From positions 25,050,433 through 25,114,432 of the forward strand of contig MU054187.1 in NCBI GenBank assembly GCA_013239625.1: DNA of 64,000 bases, written 5' to 3'. The DNA comes from Lama guanicoe. Taxonomy: Eukaryota. The translations under genes and the position numbers were made by a program. The notes below the pieces were generated by a model. That model was not told where the DNA came from, made no database searches, and saw nothing but the letters and a program-made list of their open reading frames with translations. The stretch's first letter is position 1. Every line of letters begins with the position of its first letter. Positions 1 to 13,830 of this stretch are shown piece by piece.

Positions 1-462
1 TCTGGAGCTCAGAGTTATGTTCTAAGCTCAATTAATTTGTTGGCAGAATTCAGTTTCTTGTGAAACTGAATTTTTAGGACTGAGGCTTTCATCTTCTAGA
101 GGCTGCCCCTCTCTGTAGGAAGATCACAACACGGCTCTTTTTTTTAAGACCAACAGGAGACCATCTGTGATCTCCAGATCTTTTAAAGACCCACTTTACT
201 AAGTCAGGTTTACCCAGGACAACCTCCTTTTGATTAACTTAAAGTCACTTATTAGGGACTTCACTTATGGCTACAAAAATCACTTCACATTTGCCATATA
301 ACATACCCTACTTAAGGGAGTGACTACTTTGTAACTTTTCTCATATTCCATTAGTTATAAGCAATATAGTTCTCTTGGGGACAGTATTTTGCCTGCCTTC
401 AAGGGAGGGGATTATGTAACAGTATGATTCATTAGGGTTAACCCTAGGATGTGTCTGCCACA
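1..462 (-). mobile_element. MaLR LTR, MLT1E-like (runs off the window start)
   Basis: Motifs 'tgttggcagaattcagtttcttgtg' and 'cccaggacaacctccttttgattaacttaaagtca'; the minus strand begins TGTGGCAGACA at 462. Confidence 0.75.
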
Positions 463-769
463 TTTGGCTTTGGAAATGCTTTAAGTTTCATTCCAACATA
501 TTAGACCTGTTCATATATTTACACAGCAACCACTTCTTATTTTGCATTATTTGGACATGACACAATAGCTCTGGACTCTACAATTTTATTGACAAGAAAC
601 CTTATAGATTTTTTCTATAGATTTTTATAGTAAGTCATTCTTAGACTTCATGTTATAAAACTAAAGACAACCTAAGCCTCTAAGACACTGTCAAGCTGAC
701 CCACTTGTATTTCTAATTTTGCCTGGGAATCAGATAACACATCTGCTATAGGTCAACTACCATGTCTGA

Positions 770-915
770 TGCCACAGTGAACACTAAGAGGAACAAGACT
801 TATTCTCAATGAGCTTTCAGTCTAGTAGGAGAAACAGATGTGAAAAGATAAATTCAATAAAATGCTATGTAGAGGAATAGTAGAGGAAGCAACTGAGTAC
901 AAGAGAGAGCACAGC
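770..915 (-). mobile_element. L2 LINE fragment
   Basis: 'gaacaagac...gagctttcagtctagtaggagaaacagatg' resembles antisense L2 3' region. Confidence 0.55.
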
Positions 916-929
916 TGAAAGACTGTCTC

Positions 930-1070
930 TCAATATCTCCATTTATAGATAAAGAGACTAAGATTTAGAAGTTAAGTAACTTGCCAAAGGTCACATTATT
1001 AGTAATTAGCAGTCTTGGAGTTGAAGTTAGAAAATCTGTGTCCAGAACCTCTGAATTGAAACATCATACT
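930..1070 (-). mobile_element. MIR SINE fragment
   Basis: MIR core 'ccatttatagataaagagact...gttaagtaacttgccaaaggtcaca'. Confidence 0.75.
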
Positions 1071-1164
1071 AAGCATAAGTTGTGCAATTCCAATAGGAAG
1101 TGGAAAGTAACATTTAAATCATATAAAAATAAAATATTTAAAATAAAAAAGTAACTTATTTTCT

Positions 1165-2385
1165 CCTGGGAAACAGAATTAATCATATGCAAAGGAATGA
1201 AACTTGATGCCTATTTCACAACATATACAATAATTAACTCAAAATGAATCAAAGATCTAAATGCAAGATACAACTCTTAGAAGAAAACATAGGCTAAGTC
1301 ATTGTGACTTTTAAATATGATAATAAAGCACAAGCAACAAAAGAAAAAATAGAAAAGTTAAATTTAATCAAAATTAAAAACTGTTGTCCTTCAAATGACA
1401 CCATCAAGAAGGCAAAAAACAACCTCCAGAATGGGAGAAAATTTCCATAAATTATATCTCTAATAAGAGACCTGTATCTAGAATATATAAAGAACACTTG
1501 CAACTTAATAATAAAAGACAAAAACTCAATTAAAAAATGGGCAAAGGACATATCCCCCAAGAAGATATACAAATATCCAATAAGCAAATAAAAAGATGTT
1601 CAACATCATTTGGTACCAGGGGAATGTAAATTAAAACCACAATGAGAGTTTATTTTAGATCCACCCAAATGGCGATAATCAAAAAGACAAATAATAACAA
1701 ATGTTCACTGGGATGTGGAGAATTCCTCATAGACTTCTAGTGAGAATTTAAAATGGTGCAACAATTTTGGTGAACACATCTGGCAATTCCTAAAGTGATT
1801 GAACACAGAGTTACTGCAGGATACAGAATTTCCATTCCTAGAGAAAGAAGAGATTATACCAAGAGAGTATACCAAGAGAAGTAAAAACGCATGTCTAATA
1901 AAAACTTATACATGGATGTTCAAAGGAGCATTATTTATAATAACCAAAAGTGAGAACAATCCAAATGTTCATCAACTGATGAATGAATATATAAAATGTG
2001 GTATATCCATATAGAAAAATATTATTCAGCAATCAAAAGGAATAAGTATGGATACACTCTATAATATGAATAAAACATTATACTAACTGAAGGAAGCCAA
2101 TCACAAAAGACACATATATGATTCCATTTATAGGAAATGTCCAAAACAGACAAATCCATAGAAAGAGAGAATAGATTAGTAGTTGCTTAGGACTGGGGAA
2201 GATAGGGAGAAATGAGAGGTGACTGCCAAAGGGTACAGGATTCCTTTTTGGAGTTATGAAAATATTCTAAAATTGACTGTAGTGATGGTTGCACAACTCT
2301 GAATATACTAATGACCATTGAATTATAAGTTTTAATGGCTGAATTGTATGGTTTGTGCATTATGTATCAATAAAGATGTTGCCAA
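1165..2385 (+). mobile_element. Old L1 3' end (L1MB-like): ORF2 C-terminus remnant plus 3'UTR
   Basis: Decayed ORF2 end ('aattaactcaaaatgaatcaaagatctaaatg'); L1MB-type tail 'gtgatggttgcacaactctgaatatacta...tcaataaagatgtt'. Confidence 0.85.
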
Positions 2386-4714
2386 ATAAAAGTAACAATA
2401 GAGCTCAGGCAAGGGTGAAGAATGAAGATGGGATATTTAGAGGTGACAAGAGATAATGAAGACCATAGAAATGGTGAGGAAGGGTGAGATTAAACAGAGA
2501 CTTAAAGAGTAGAATAAATAGGAAACAATTGGAAAATGAAAAGTTAGAAAGGAGGGAAAGGAGTTTGATCTTCTAGATTCAGTGATTGACAGGATGTCCC
2601 CACCCCACCCTCCGGTCCAGCTTGAGATGTTTAAACATGCTTACATTTCCTTTCTCTTTTCCATGTTATATACATTCTGTTCCACTCCACTTAATCTTAA
2701 AAAAAATTCCGTGAGAAAATTTCTCCTGGATAAAATCTTAGAAGAGACTGATATTCAAAAGTGACAGATGAGTGTTCCACATGAATATCAAAACATTGCT
2801 CTCCTTGATCAATCTCTCCCATATCACCATCCAAAACAAATGATGATGCTTCTGATTGTGCTTTTAAATTTCACTCATATTTTTTTCCTTTGCCCTTGTG
2901 TATAGTAGATGACTGTGGGAAAATGTAGCTGATCATGGAATTTGGGTTTTTCATGAGAAGCTAAAGAAATGAACAGTTTTGAATAACCTGTTTGAAATGC
3001 AAATTATTCTTCTGAGCATCAGAAATCCACTAGGTTTATGAATCAACCTGTTGACATAAATGATCATTGATGGTTTTATGAGATTGTTCAATTTTGGGTT
3101 CAATGCCCTTAAGGGAGCACCCTCATCCTGATGCCATTTACTTGAAGCCCTGTTAATCTTTCAGTTTCATATGTACAAGGAACAAGAAATGCCACTTTTG
3201 CCTACCTCAATTACTATTCTGAAGTAATGAAAGCTTTTGTTCATTATACCTTTTAACATATACTCAGTGATAGGAAACATCTCATCACATGAATGACAAG
3301 ATATTTAAAAATTAGCTAGAGTAACATTTACTCTGCCATGGTATTGTCAACCCCTCAGTTTGCAGGAGAGAAAAAAGTTAATACACATGGGGTATCTCCA
3401 CTACCTATGATTGAATGTCAGGGTCACACAAATGCACCAAAGGCCGAGACCTCATATTTGAAGTTGTTTCCATTAGCAAGTCCTTATCAAGTGTATCCTT
3501 GTTCATGTTCCTTAATTTTTCTTTTGAGTCTCTTTTAAAAAAGTCATAAATGTGCTTAGAGCAGAGAACTCAAGGAGTGATCAAGAATATCCTTTAAACA
3601 AAAAATAAACTATAATTAGTTGAGTTTTGGGATAATAAGATTAAGTGGGAGTCCAAGTTCATTTTAAGGTTTTGTTTAAAAAATTATTGTAATAGTGATG
3701 GCCATATCTCTCTCTCACCATCTTGGTGTGCCACAGCTGATCCCAATGATATATGCATGAGGTTTCTACCATCTTCTACCAATTCTCTCTGTTACAAGCT
3801 CATTGAGTTATATTATTTGTGGGGTTCAGTGGTGTTTGTGGACTTATCCTTCCTAAATGACAAAAATTTTATTATTAGAAATCCAACACACTTAGGTAAG
3901 TTCTAATACAGGCCAGAATTCACTGGTCAATGATAGTCTGCCTAGGAAAGTCAGTCTTCTATTAGTATACCACAGCCTCCACTCTGACCTTAAACACACA
4001 CAAAAGATTGTTTTAATCTTTTTTTTCTGGACAATAAAAGTTGATGATCTCCAATGGGAACTAATAATTCAAATGCTGCAGACCTGTTTATAAATTATCT
4101 TCAGGGACTCTATACCCTTCATACATACGAAATGTGTCCCCTGCAGAAAAGGGTGATATTTTCCATGTCATAGCAGTGTCACCCATATCCAAGAATGAGA
4201 AAGAAATTAATCTCCAACAGGGGAATCTTCATCCCTGAGAAAACATTTCATTATAGAATTAAAATGCTAGACAATTGGCTTGGTTACATGGTAGGCTAGC
4301 AAAATCCATTCAACCAGTAGTCTTAGAGAATTTAACCACTAAGCATAAAGATTTCTCATATTTCTAAAGGAAAACATGGTCAGAATTCTAATTTTGGATC
4401 CCAAATATACTTATCCCCTTGAAAATGCTTTTAAGACTGCTCCTGGCATCACATCCTCTCCCTGCCACTGACTGAAACTTCCTCGGATACAAGACACTGG
4501 ATAAGAAGTTCACGACCAAGAGCAGAGGTTCCTGAGTGGCAAAACCTGGAAAGGCCTGCAAGGAAAATTAGATGTACTGGCTTTTGAAATCTAGGAGACA
4601 AATGCAACACAAGGGCCATTTGGTTGTTTATGTTACCCACTTCCTTAATTTCTGCACTTAGCTCTCTTCACATTCTACTCAGACTTCCTCTGCTATGGGC
4701 GAAGGAGTCTCTCA

Positions 4715-4878
4715 AAAGTTGCTCAAAGTAACCCATCTGACTCAGAATCACCTTGGCATGGCCACATCTACTGAACTTGAATATAATAGTGCTTGTAGGG
4801 GCCCAGGATTTTAACTTTCTTATCTTTTAACAAGAGTCCAATGTAATTTTTATGAATTTTAGAACTTGAGAACCACTT
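4715..4878. mobile_element. MER5-like hAT-Charlie DNA transposon remnant
   Basis: 'cagaatcacc...ggggcccaggatt...tttaacaag...acttgagaaccact'. Confidence 0.6.
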
Positions 4879-5009
4879 TCTTAGAAATCGAAAAAGGAGA
4901 GAGAATGACTTCATCAACTGTGTCAGTGACACTGACTGGAAATAGCACTAATGGATATTGGTTGTTTTTATGACCCCTTGACAATTACGAGTTTATCTTT
5001 CATTCTCAC

Positions 5010-5150
5010 TTGATTGTAAGCCACTTAAAGGCAGAAATCAAGCCATATTTACCTTCATATTTCATGTATATAGTATAATACTTGGTATGAAGAGGTAATC
5101 AATAGTTATTTGAAAATATTAACATTTAGCTGTTGAATAAATGTGTGAAA
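5010..5150 (+). mobile_element. L2 3' end fragment
   Basis: 'gattgtaagccacttaaaggcaga...tgttgaataaatg'. Confidence 0.5.
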
Positions 5151-7329
5151 AAATGAAATAATCAAACATATCTAGTAATAAGGTAATCCTGGTATTTGCA
5201 TTTTAGGAAGGAATAGATTTCAGATGGAAATGTTACTTTAAAGATGTTCACTGTGACTTTTGGTATTTTTATACAGTACTGTGTTAGTCTCCTTGTGTTT
5301 ATTTATATTCTCAAAGCTGCATATTGGTATGCCATAGACTTTCAGTTTCATCTCTGATACATGCTAATGATTCTGTGCCAGATATTTAATAACTGAAAAC
5401 TATATTATATTTTCTGCTTGCATGTAAAAAGTAAAGTAAAAGGGATGTGTTTGTATAATCCATGTAAAAAAAGAATGAAGAAAATAACTAAAATCTTGAA
5501 ATTGGTGATTCTCCTTTGAGAGTCTCTCTCAAAATATTGTATAATCTATGTCTTGGCATACATATTCTACATATTTTGTTTAGTTTATTGGAACTTAAAA
5601 ATGACCACAATGACTTAGCTTACAGGTTTTGGAGGGGGGCAGGTGGGCTTAAATATATGGTCTGCTGTCCCCTGAGATTTAGAAATGCAAGATGCTTAGA
5701 TGTTGTGCTATTATATCTTCATTTTTGAAAGCCCTATTTTCTTTTAATGCTATTATATTTAATTTCCAATCAATTCAGGAATTCATGTTTGCTACCATCT
5801 TTTCTATCTCTTTTTCCCATTTAAAGACATCTTTCCTTTTGAAGTGTACTGTTTTGTCTGTTTCTCTGAGCACTGCTGCTTATTCTCTTCTGTCTCTTGT
5901 TCATTTACTTGAGGAAATAGCTTTTCTGCCTGAAAAGCCTACCATCCCACCCGAATCAGTCATCACATCGGGATGACTGCTTTGCGTGTATTCTTGTAAT
6001 TTCTCTTCTTCTCTTTCTTTGTATTTTTCCTCCTTCTTCAAATAAGATTTATTTAAAGAGTTATTTTAGCCTAGTCCTAGAACCAAAAAAGCCAGTAACT
6101 GTGCCCATGATGTTATCAGAAAACTCAAATGGATATTTTGTGAAAAAAAGAACTGTAATGACATTCCCTGAAATCTTTATTTTGTTTTGTTTTTGAAAGT
6201 TCAGTGTTTAATTTTCTTCTTTCCAATGCATGTTTTTGTTCCTCTGTGTGCACGACATCACAGATCTTGACAAAATATGTTGAGGAAATGGGGTGGCAGC
6301 CCATCTGCAGCAAAAGAATCCCCCTGCTTTAACTTGCAGGTGATTTTCTAACATGAAGATAAACAATAGGTGCATTCCCCAGATAAAAATATTGGAGTCA
6401 ATAACATACACAGAAAACTTTATACCCTCTCAATTACCTATTTTATAGGTGTCTCACCAAAAATACTTTTTAATTTGCTTTGATTCTGATAAAATCATGT
6501 CAATTAATTTATATTGTGAAAATAAGGCTTAAAACTTGTGAATTTCTAAATATTTTATTTTGCTTCATCTGCCTGATCTCTTTCTTTTCTTCTCTCCTCC
6601 AACATGTCAACTGTAAAATATAATTTCTTCTATAATTCCTCAAATGATCACCATGAAAATTCCATCAAGTCTATTCCTACCACAAATGAGTATTTATAGA
6701 TGATGTATACACCGCTGAAAACTAGGACTTACAATGGAGAATCTGACAGGGTCTGAAATGATTCTGCACTGGGAGGTGTTAAGAGAAGAAAAGCAGACAT
6801 TACAGAGACACCTTCCCATTAGCAAAGTGCCCTCATGAAAAGGAAGATAGCATACAGACTGCTCAGAAAGGACTGAAATCACTGAAACAATCACGGACTT
6901 CTCACAGACCTACAGTGTGCTTGTCTGTAGAGCCCTCACACATAAATGGATCTAAAAAAGCGTTATAACAGCTTCGCTTTCAAAAGGATGATTTCTACTT
7001 AAAGTCTCTGCAGACAACAGTTTTATTCTGTTGTTAGATAGACATGGTGGAGTGGCTTCTCTCAGACTCATGCAATTAAGTTTCAGAATGTCTTAGGAAC
7101 GTGTTTATGTTGTGATGTCTAGGTTTTCTGCCTTTGAGTGGGAGAAAAGAGAAAATCTCAAATTTCAATTCTGTTAATACTTTGAGGATAAGAAAAAATA
7201 CAGAAATATTAAATCCATAGATAATTGCAAAATTTTCTGTTGGCCGATAGGCTTAAACTTCTAACTACATGGTTCAGTAGAAACGAATGTAGGCTGATTT
7301 GGGTTTCTCCTTCTTCTTGGCTCACTCTT

Positions 7330-10300
7330 TTTTTAATTGAAATATAGTCAGTTTACAATGTTGTGTCAATTTCTGGCATACAGCATAATGTTTCAGTCAT
7401 ACATACATATATATATATACACACACACACACATATATATACACATATGTTTGTTTTCACAATAGGTTACTATAAGATATTGAATAGTTTCTTGTGCTAT
7501 AAAGTATAAATTTGTTGATTGTCTATTTTATATATAGTAGTAAGTATTTGCAAATCTCAAGCTCCCAATTTATCCCTTTCCATCCCCTTCCTACCCTGGT
7601 AACCATAGGTTTGTTTTCTATGTCTGTGAGTCTGTTTCTCTTTTGTAAATAATTTCATTTGTCTTTTCTTTTCTTTCTTTCTTTTTTTTTATTCCACATA
7701 CAAGTGATATCATATGGTATTTTTCTTTCTCCTTCTGGCTTACTTCACTTAGAATGATGATTTCCATGTCCACCCATGTTGCAGCAAATGGCATTATTTT
7801 ATTCCTTTTTATGGTTGAGTAATGTGTGTGTGTATATATATACACATACATATATATATACACATACATACATGTATACACACACACACACACACACACC
7901 ACAACTTATTTGGCCAGTCATCTGTCACTGGACATTTAGGTTGCTTCCATGTCTTGACTGTTGTAAATAGTGCTGCTGTGAACATTGGGATGCATGTACC
8001 TGTTCAAATTAGAGTTACCTCTGGATGTATGCCCAGGAGTGGGATTGCTGGATCATATGGTAAGTATATTTTTAATTTTTAAAAGAATTTCCATACTGTT
8101 TTCCATAATGGCTCTATGAAACTACATTCCCGCCAACAGTGTAGGAGGGTTCCCCTTTTCCACACCATCTCCAGCATTTATCACTTTTTAATAATGGCCA
8201 TTCTAACTGGTGTGAGGTGATACCTCATTGTAGTTTTGATTTACATTTTTCTCATAATTAGCAATATTGAGCATTTTTCCATGTGCTTATTGGCCATCTG
8301 TATGTCTTCATTGGAGAATTTCTTGTTTAGGTCTTCTGCACATTTTTGGATTGAGTTTTTTGTTTGTTTGTTATTAAGTTGTATGAGCTATTTGTATATT
8401 CTGGAGATTAAGCCCTTGTCAGTTGCATCATTTGCAAATAATTTCTCCCATTCTGTAGATTGTTTTTTGGTTTTGTTTATAGTTTCTTTTCCGGTGCAAA
8501 AGCTTATAAGTTTAATTAGGTTCCATTTGTTTATTTTTGCTTTTATGTCTATTGCCTGCACAGACTAGGAGACCATTGCTAAGATATAAGTCAGAGAATG
8601 TTTAGCCTGTGTTTCTTCTAGGAGGTTTATAGTGTCTTGTCTTATATTTAAGTCTTTAAGCCATTTTGAACTAATTTTTGTGTATGATGTGAGGGAGTGT
8701 TTCAGCTTAACTGCTTTACATGCAGCTATCCAGTTTTCCCAACACCACTTGCTAAAGAGACTATCTTTTCTCCACTATATATTCTCACTTCCTTTGTCAA
8801 AGATTAATTGCCTGTAAGTCTGTGGGTTTACTTCTAGGCTCTCTATACTGTTCCATTGATCCATATGTTTGTTTTTGTGCCAATACCACACTGTTTTGAT
8901 TACTCTAGCTCTGTAGTATTGTTTGAACTCTGGGAGGGTTATTCCTCCAGCTTTGTTCTTTATTCTTCAGCATTGCTTTGGCAATTGATTCCATGTGATT
9001 CCATATGAATTTGAGGATTATTTATTCTAGTTCTGTAAAAATTTCATGGGTATTCTGATAGGGATTGCATTAAATCTGCAGACTGCTTTGGGTAGTATGG
9101 CCATTTTAACAATATTAATTCTTCCAATCCAAGAGCATAGGATATCTTTCCATTTATTTAAGATATCTTTCATTTCCTTAATCAATGTTTTGTAGTTCTC
9201 CATGTATAAGTTTTTCACCTCCTTGGTCAGATTTATTCCTAAGTATTTAATTTTTTTGGATGCAGTTTTAAAAGGGATTGTTTCTTAACTTTCTTTTATG
9301 ATATTTCATTGTTAGTGTAAAGAAAAGCAACTGATTTCTATATATCAATCTTGTATTCTGCTACCTTGCCAAATTCTTTTATCAGCTCTAGTAGTTTTTG
9401 TGTGGAGCTTTTAGGGTTTTCTATGCACAGTATCATGTCATCTGCATATAGTGACAATTTTACCTCTTCTCTTCCAATTTGGATCTCTTTTATATTTTTT
9501 TCTTGCCTGGTTGCTAAAGCTAAGACTTCCAATACTGTGTTGAGTAAAAGTGGTAAGAGCGGACAACCACATCTTTTTCCAGATTTTAGTGGGAAGGCTT
9601 TCACCTTTTCACTGTTGAGTATTAGGCTGGCTGTGGGTTTGTCATAAATAGCTTTTATTATGTTGAGACATGTTCCCTCTATACTCACTTTGGTAAGAGA
9701 TTTTTATTATAATGGGTATTGAATTTTATTAAATGATTTTTTCTGCATCTATTGAGATGATCTTGTGATTTTTGTCCTTTTTTTTTTTTTCTTGATGTGT
9801 TGCATCACATTGATTTATTTGCACATGTTGAACCATCCTTGTGTTTCTGGGGTAAACCCAACTTGATCCCGGCGTATGATCTCTTTTGTGTGTTGTTAAA
9901 TTCTGTGCTAATATTTTGTTGAGAAGTTTTGCATCTATGTTCATCAATGATAGTGGCCTGTAGTTTTCTTTTTGGATAGTATTTTTGTCTGGTTTTGGTA
10001 TCAGGGTGATGATGGCTTCAGAATGAATTTGGGAGTGTTCCCTCCTTTTCAATCTTTTGAAATAGTTGGAGAAAGATCTGTATAAGTTTTTATTTGTATA
10101 TTTGGTAGAATTTCCTAGTGAAGCCATCTGGTACTGGACTTTTATTTGCAGGGAGTTTTTGTTTGTTTATTTGTTTTTAATTGCTGATTCTACTTCAGTT
10201 TCAGTGATCAGTCTGTTCAGATTATCTGTTTCTTCTTGATTCAATTTTGATGGCTGTATATTTCTAGAAACTTGTCCATTTCTTCAAGGTTGTCCCATTT

Positions 10301-13277
10301 GTTGCCATATTTTTTTCCATAATATTCTCTAATTTTAAATTGTTTTTATTTCACTGGTGTTGGTTGTAATTTCTCCATTTTCAATTCTTCTTTTGTTTAT
10401 CTGTGTCCTCCCTCTTTTCTTCTTGGTGAACCTGGCCAGAGAGTTGTCAATTTTGTTTACTCTTTCACAAAACCAGCTCTTGGTTTAATTGATTTTTTTT
10501 CTATTTTTTTAAATCACTATTTTATTTATTTCCTTCCTGTTCTCTGTTATTTCTTTCTTTCTGATGAATTTAGATTTTATTTATTCTTTATCTTATTCTT
10601 TTAAATGGTAGGTTACATTTATAATTTGAGATTTTTCTTTTTCTTTTTCTTTTCTTTTCTTTTTTTCTTCTTTCTTTCTCTTTTTGAGAATAGCCTGTAT
10701 GGCTATGAACTTCCCTCTTAGGATACGTTTGCTGCAGCCTATAGATTTTATGTGGTCATGTTTTCATTGTTATTTGTCTCAAGATATTTTTGGTGGTTTC
10801 CTCTTTTCTACAGATTCCTGCTTCTTTTCTATTTAGAGTAGAACTTTCCATATTTCTTTTAGGATAGGTTTAGTATGTTGTATTGTTTTACTTTTTGCTT
10901 GTCCGAGAAATTCTTTTTAAAGGGTAGTCTTGCTGGGTGGGGTACCCTAGTTTGCAGATTTTACCCTTTCAGGACTTTGAATATATCTTGCCACTCCCTT
11001 CTTGCCAGCAATGTTTGTGTAGAGAAATCAGCTGATAGACTTATGTGGGTTTGGGTTCCCTTGTAACTAACTTTTTGTTTTTCTCTTGCTGCCTTTAGAA
11101 TCTTTTCTTTATCCTTAGCTTTGGCCATCTTAATTATAACATGTCTTGGTGTAGGTCTGTTTCAGTTCATCTTGTTTGAGACCCTCTGTGCTTCCTGTTT
11201 TTGGATATATGTTTCTTTCTGTAGGTTTGAGAAAGTTTTAGTCATGATTTCTTCAAATACCTTTTCAATCACCTTTTCTTTTTCTTCTCTTTCTGGGATG
11301 CCAATAATGCATAGATTAGCACATTTTATATTATCCCATAAGTCCCTTATGTTACTTTCATTTGTTTTTCTGTCTGCTATTTCAATTCTGTGATTTCCAA
11401 TACTCTATCTTTTAAATCACCTTTTCTGCATCATTTAGTCTAGTATGGACTGCCTTTAGCTTGGCTTTTATCTCAGCAATTGAGTTTTCTGATTTTAATT
11501 GGCACCTCTTTATAATTTCTGTTTCCTTTTCACAGTATTCTGCATTTCTATTGATAACCTCTCATATTCCCTTTAGTGCTTTGACACCTCCTTTTTGAAT
11601 TCATGGTCTAGTAGACTGTCAAGGTCTATTTCATTTTTTACTCTTTCAGGGGACTTCTTTTGTCCTTTTTATTGAGAGTGGTTCCTCTGCTTCTTCATTT
11701 TACTTATATTTCTTTGACTCTATGAATTTAGGAGTAACAGTTATCTACTATAGTCTTGAAAGTTTTTTTTAAAGTGGGATCATCCCCGTGTAGACTGTCT
11801 GATATTTTTGTTCCGAGGGCTGTTCTTAGTATGGGTGGTTGCCATGTCTTTACTTCATGTGAACTGGCTATCATCCCCTTGGTTAGGGGTGTAGTTGGTG
11901 TTGTGATGACCAGGGCATGCCCTGGTTGTTGAGGTGGGCTTCCTTTTTGTTCTGTGGTTGTTACAGCCCTGACAGGAGCCGGGTCTCGGTCTGCTTCCCA
12001 GTTGTTGGAATAGAGACTTCTAGATTATTTCTGAGCTGTGGTGTATGGTAGGTGGAATTGGAGTGGGTCCACTGGAAGTGCAGTTGCTGAGTATTCCTTC
12101 ACAGGAGATGTCCACTGGAAAGTGCCTTTGTTTTGTGGGCTTAGGAGGTACTCTTTATTGTCACTACCCTTTTCCTCACCTCAGCCACAGGAAAGTCAGC
12201 AACCCACTCTGGTGTCCCTCCAGATTCTGGGCTCACAGAGCCACCATTACAGATCTGTTATGTCATGCACTGGGACCCACCATATTGCACTTATACTTAA
12301 GCACCTGGATCCACCATGATCCACAGGGTCAGTTCAGATCTGAGCCCCATGTCTGCATATGGTACATAGGCAGACTGTTAATACCAGACACGCCCTCACT
12401 GTGCACCAGAACTCTGCTCGGTTATCTCAGAGGAACAGGTCCAGCAAGACTCCAGTGGAGCAAATTCACCACTGCTGCCTGGGGTCTCAAATCTCAGTCC
12501 TGTTAAAAAGTCATAGGATCCTTGGGAATGGATTCAAGTGTCAGCCCCACTACTGCCCATTCACCAGTGATTGTGTACCTCTGGAGCAAGCTGCGAAGAT
12601 GGCTGTGTGAACCCTACCTCTCTGCTCATGAAAATGTGCACCAACAATGGTGCTGAGCAAGGTCCTCTGGGCAAATGGAGACAGCAGCTAGGCCAGGCTG
12701 TGTTGAATTCCTCTCCCTCAACGTGTACCAGCAGGAGACCCAGACTACTCTGCACATATGGCTTCAGCTCTCATCACACTCCAGCTCCCTGATGCTGCAT
12801 CTGCACAGTTAGCTCCTGTCCTCTTCCTAGTTTTATCCTCAGAAGTCTCAGCTTTGGTACCCCTGGGCTGCCCCTGTCAGCTGGCATCTTGGGCTAGGGA
12901 TTGAATGGACCCTCTGTGCCAATTTCTCTCAGTTCTTTCTGCCAAGTGGCTGCTGCTTTCTCCTCTGAGCCTCTGAAGCTCCCTTTATGTTCCAGCTGAC
13001 CTATTTGCTGGAGAGGGGGCTTTCCAGGGTGAGGCTGCATTTCCTCATGTGTTGCTCCCTCCCCAGGGAACAGATCCCACACCAATTTCCTTCTTCTCTT
13101 TTTTTTTCTACCTAGTTTTATTAGGATTCTCCTTGTGTTCCCTATGTAAGAGACAGTCTGCCAAATTTCAGTAGGTATTTTAGGCAAGTTGTTCCATATG
13201 TAGGTGTGGTTTTTGCTGTGTTTATGGGAGAAGGTGAGCAACACATCCTTCTACTCCACCATCTTGGCAGTTCCTCC
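7330..13277 (-). mobile_element. Near-full-length L1, inactive, with an internal deletion of the endonuclease region
   Basis: Poly(T) tail near 7327; RT fragments (ORF 9338-9688 '[11 protein letters not shown]', ORF 9729-10127 '[14 protein letters not shown]'); ORF1 remnant about 10830-11750; 5' end GGAGGAACTGCCAAGATGG; exact 12-bp TSD tggctcactctt at 7318-7329 and 13278-13289. Confidence 0.95.
7823..7899. repeat. Compound (TG)n(TA)n(CA)n microsatellite inside the L1 3' region
   Basis: Direct reading; a similar (TA)/(CA) tract lies at about 7397-7450. Confidence 0.9.
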
Positions 13278-13584
13278 TGGCTCACTCTTGATGACAACTG
13301 ATAATAGCAGAGCATTTCCCCCAAATCACACAGCAGTAGTAAAAAGGAGGAGAAATGAGCCCATATAACTCACAAATAGAAACTGCAAATCTCTGGGTAA
13401 TTATGAATTGGAAAAAATTGCCAGATATTTTTCTAATTAAAATAGAAAATCTTCATATCTTTTTCTATGAAGGGTTATTATTGAAACACTGTGGGAAAAA
13501 ATTAATGTAAGATGAAGTTTCAGAAATACATAAAACTGATTTTATGGGCCCAAAGATGCCTGCTGTGCAGCTTACAGTCAACCT

Positions 13585-13830
13585 TCACTGAGTGCCTACA
13601 ATGTGTCAGACACCCTTACCATGACTATAAGATGTTTACTTGTATTTTTTGTATCCTCATAAAAACTCATAAAGTTATTGACAATTATTATCCCTATTGT
13701 ATATCTAAAGAGACTGAGGCATAAAAAAATTAAGCAACTAGACCATGATTACACAGCTGCTAGGAGACAAATCTGAGACTTGTGTCTAGACAGCTTGTGT
13801 TCAGAGATCACCCCCATCCACTCTCTACTT
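13585..13830 (-). mobile_element. MIR SINE
   Basis: 'actgagtgcctacaatgtgtcagacac...gagactgaggcat...ttacacagctgc'. Confidence 0.7.

Noticed and set aside
9027..10127. Functional reverse transcriptase or a novel RT system
   Set aside because: Ordinary L1 ORF2 fragments broken by stops and frameshifts; the same holds for the other L1s here
12038..12792. GC-richer ORF clusters (also 25322-26245, 36722-37669, 49974-50850) as genes
   Set aside because: All lie in L1 5'UTRs, with no recognisable domains or exon structure
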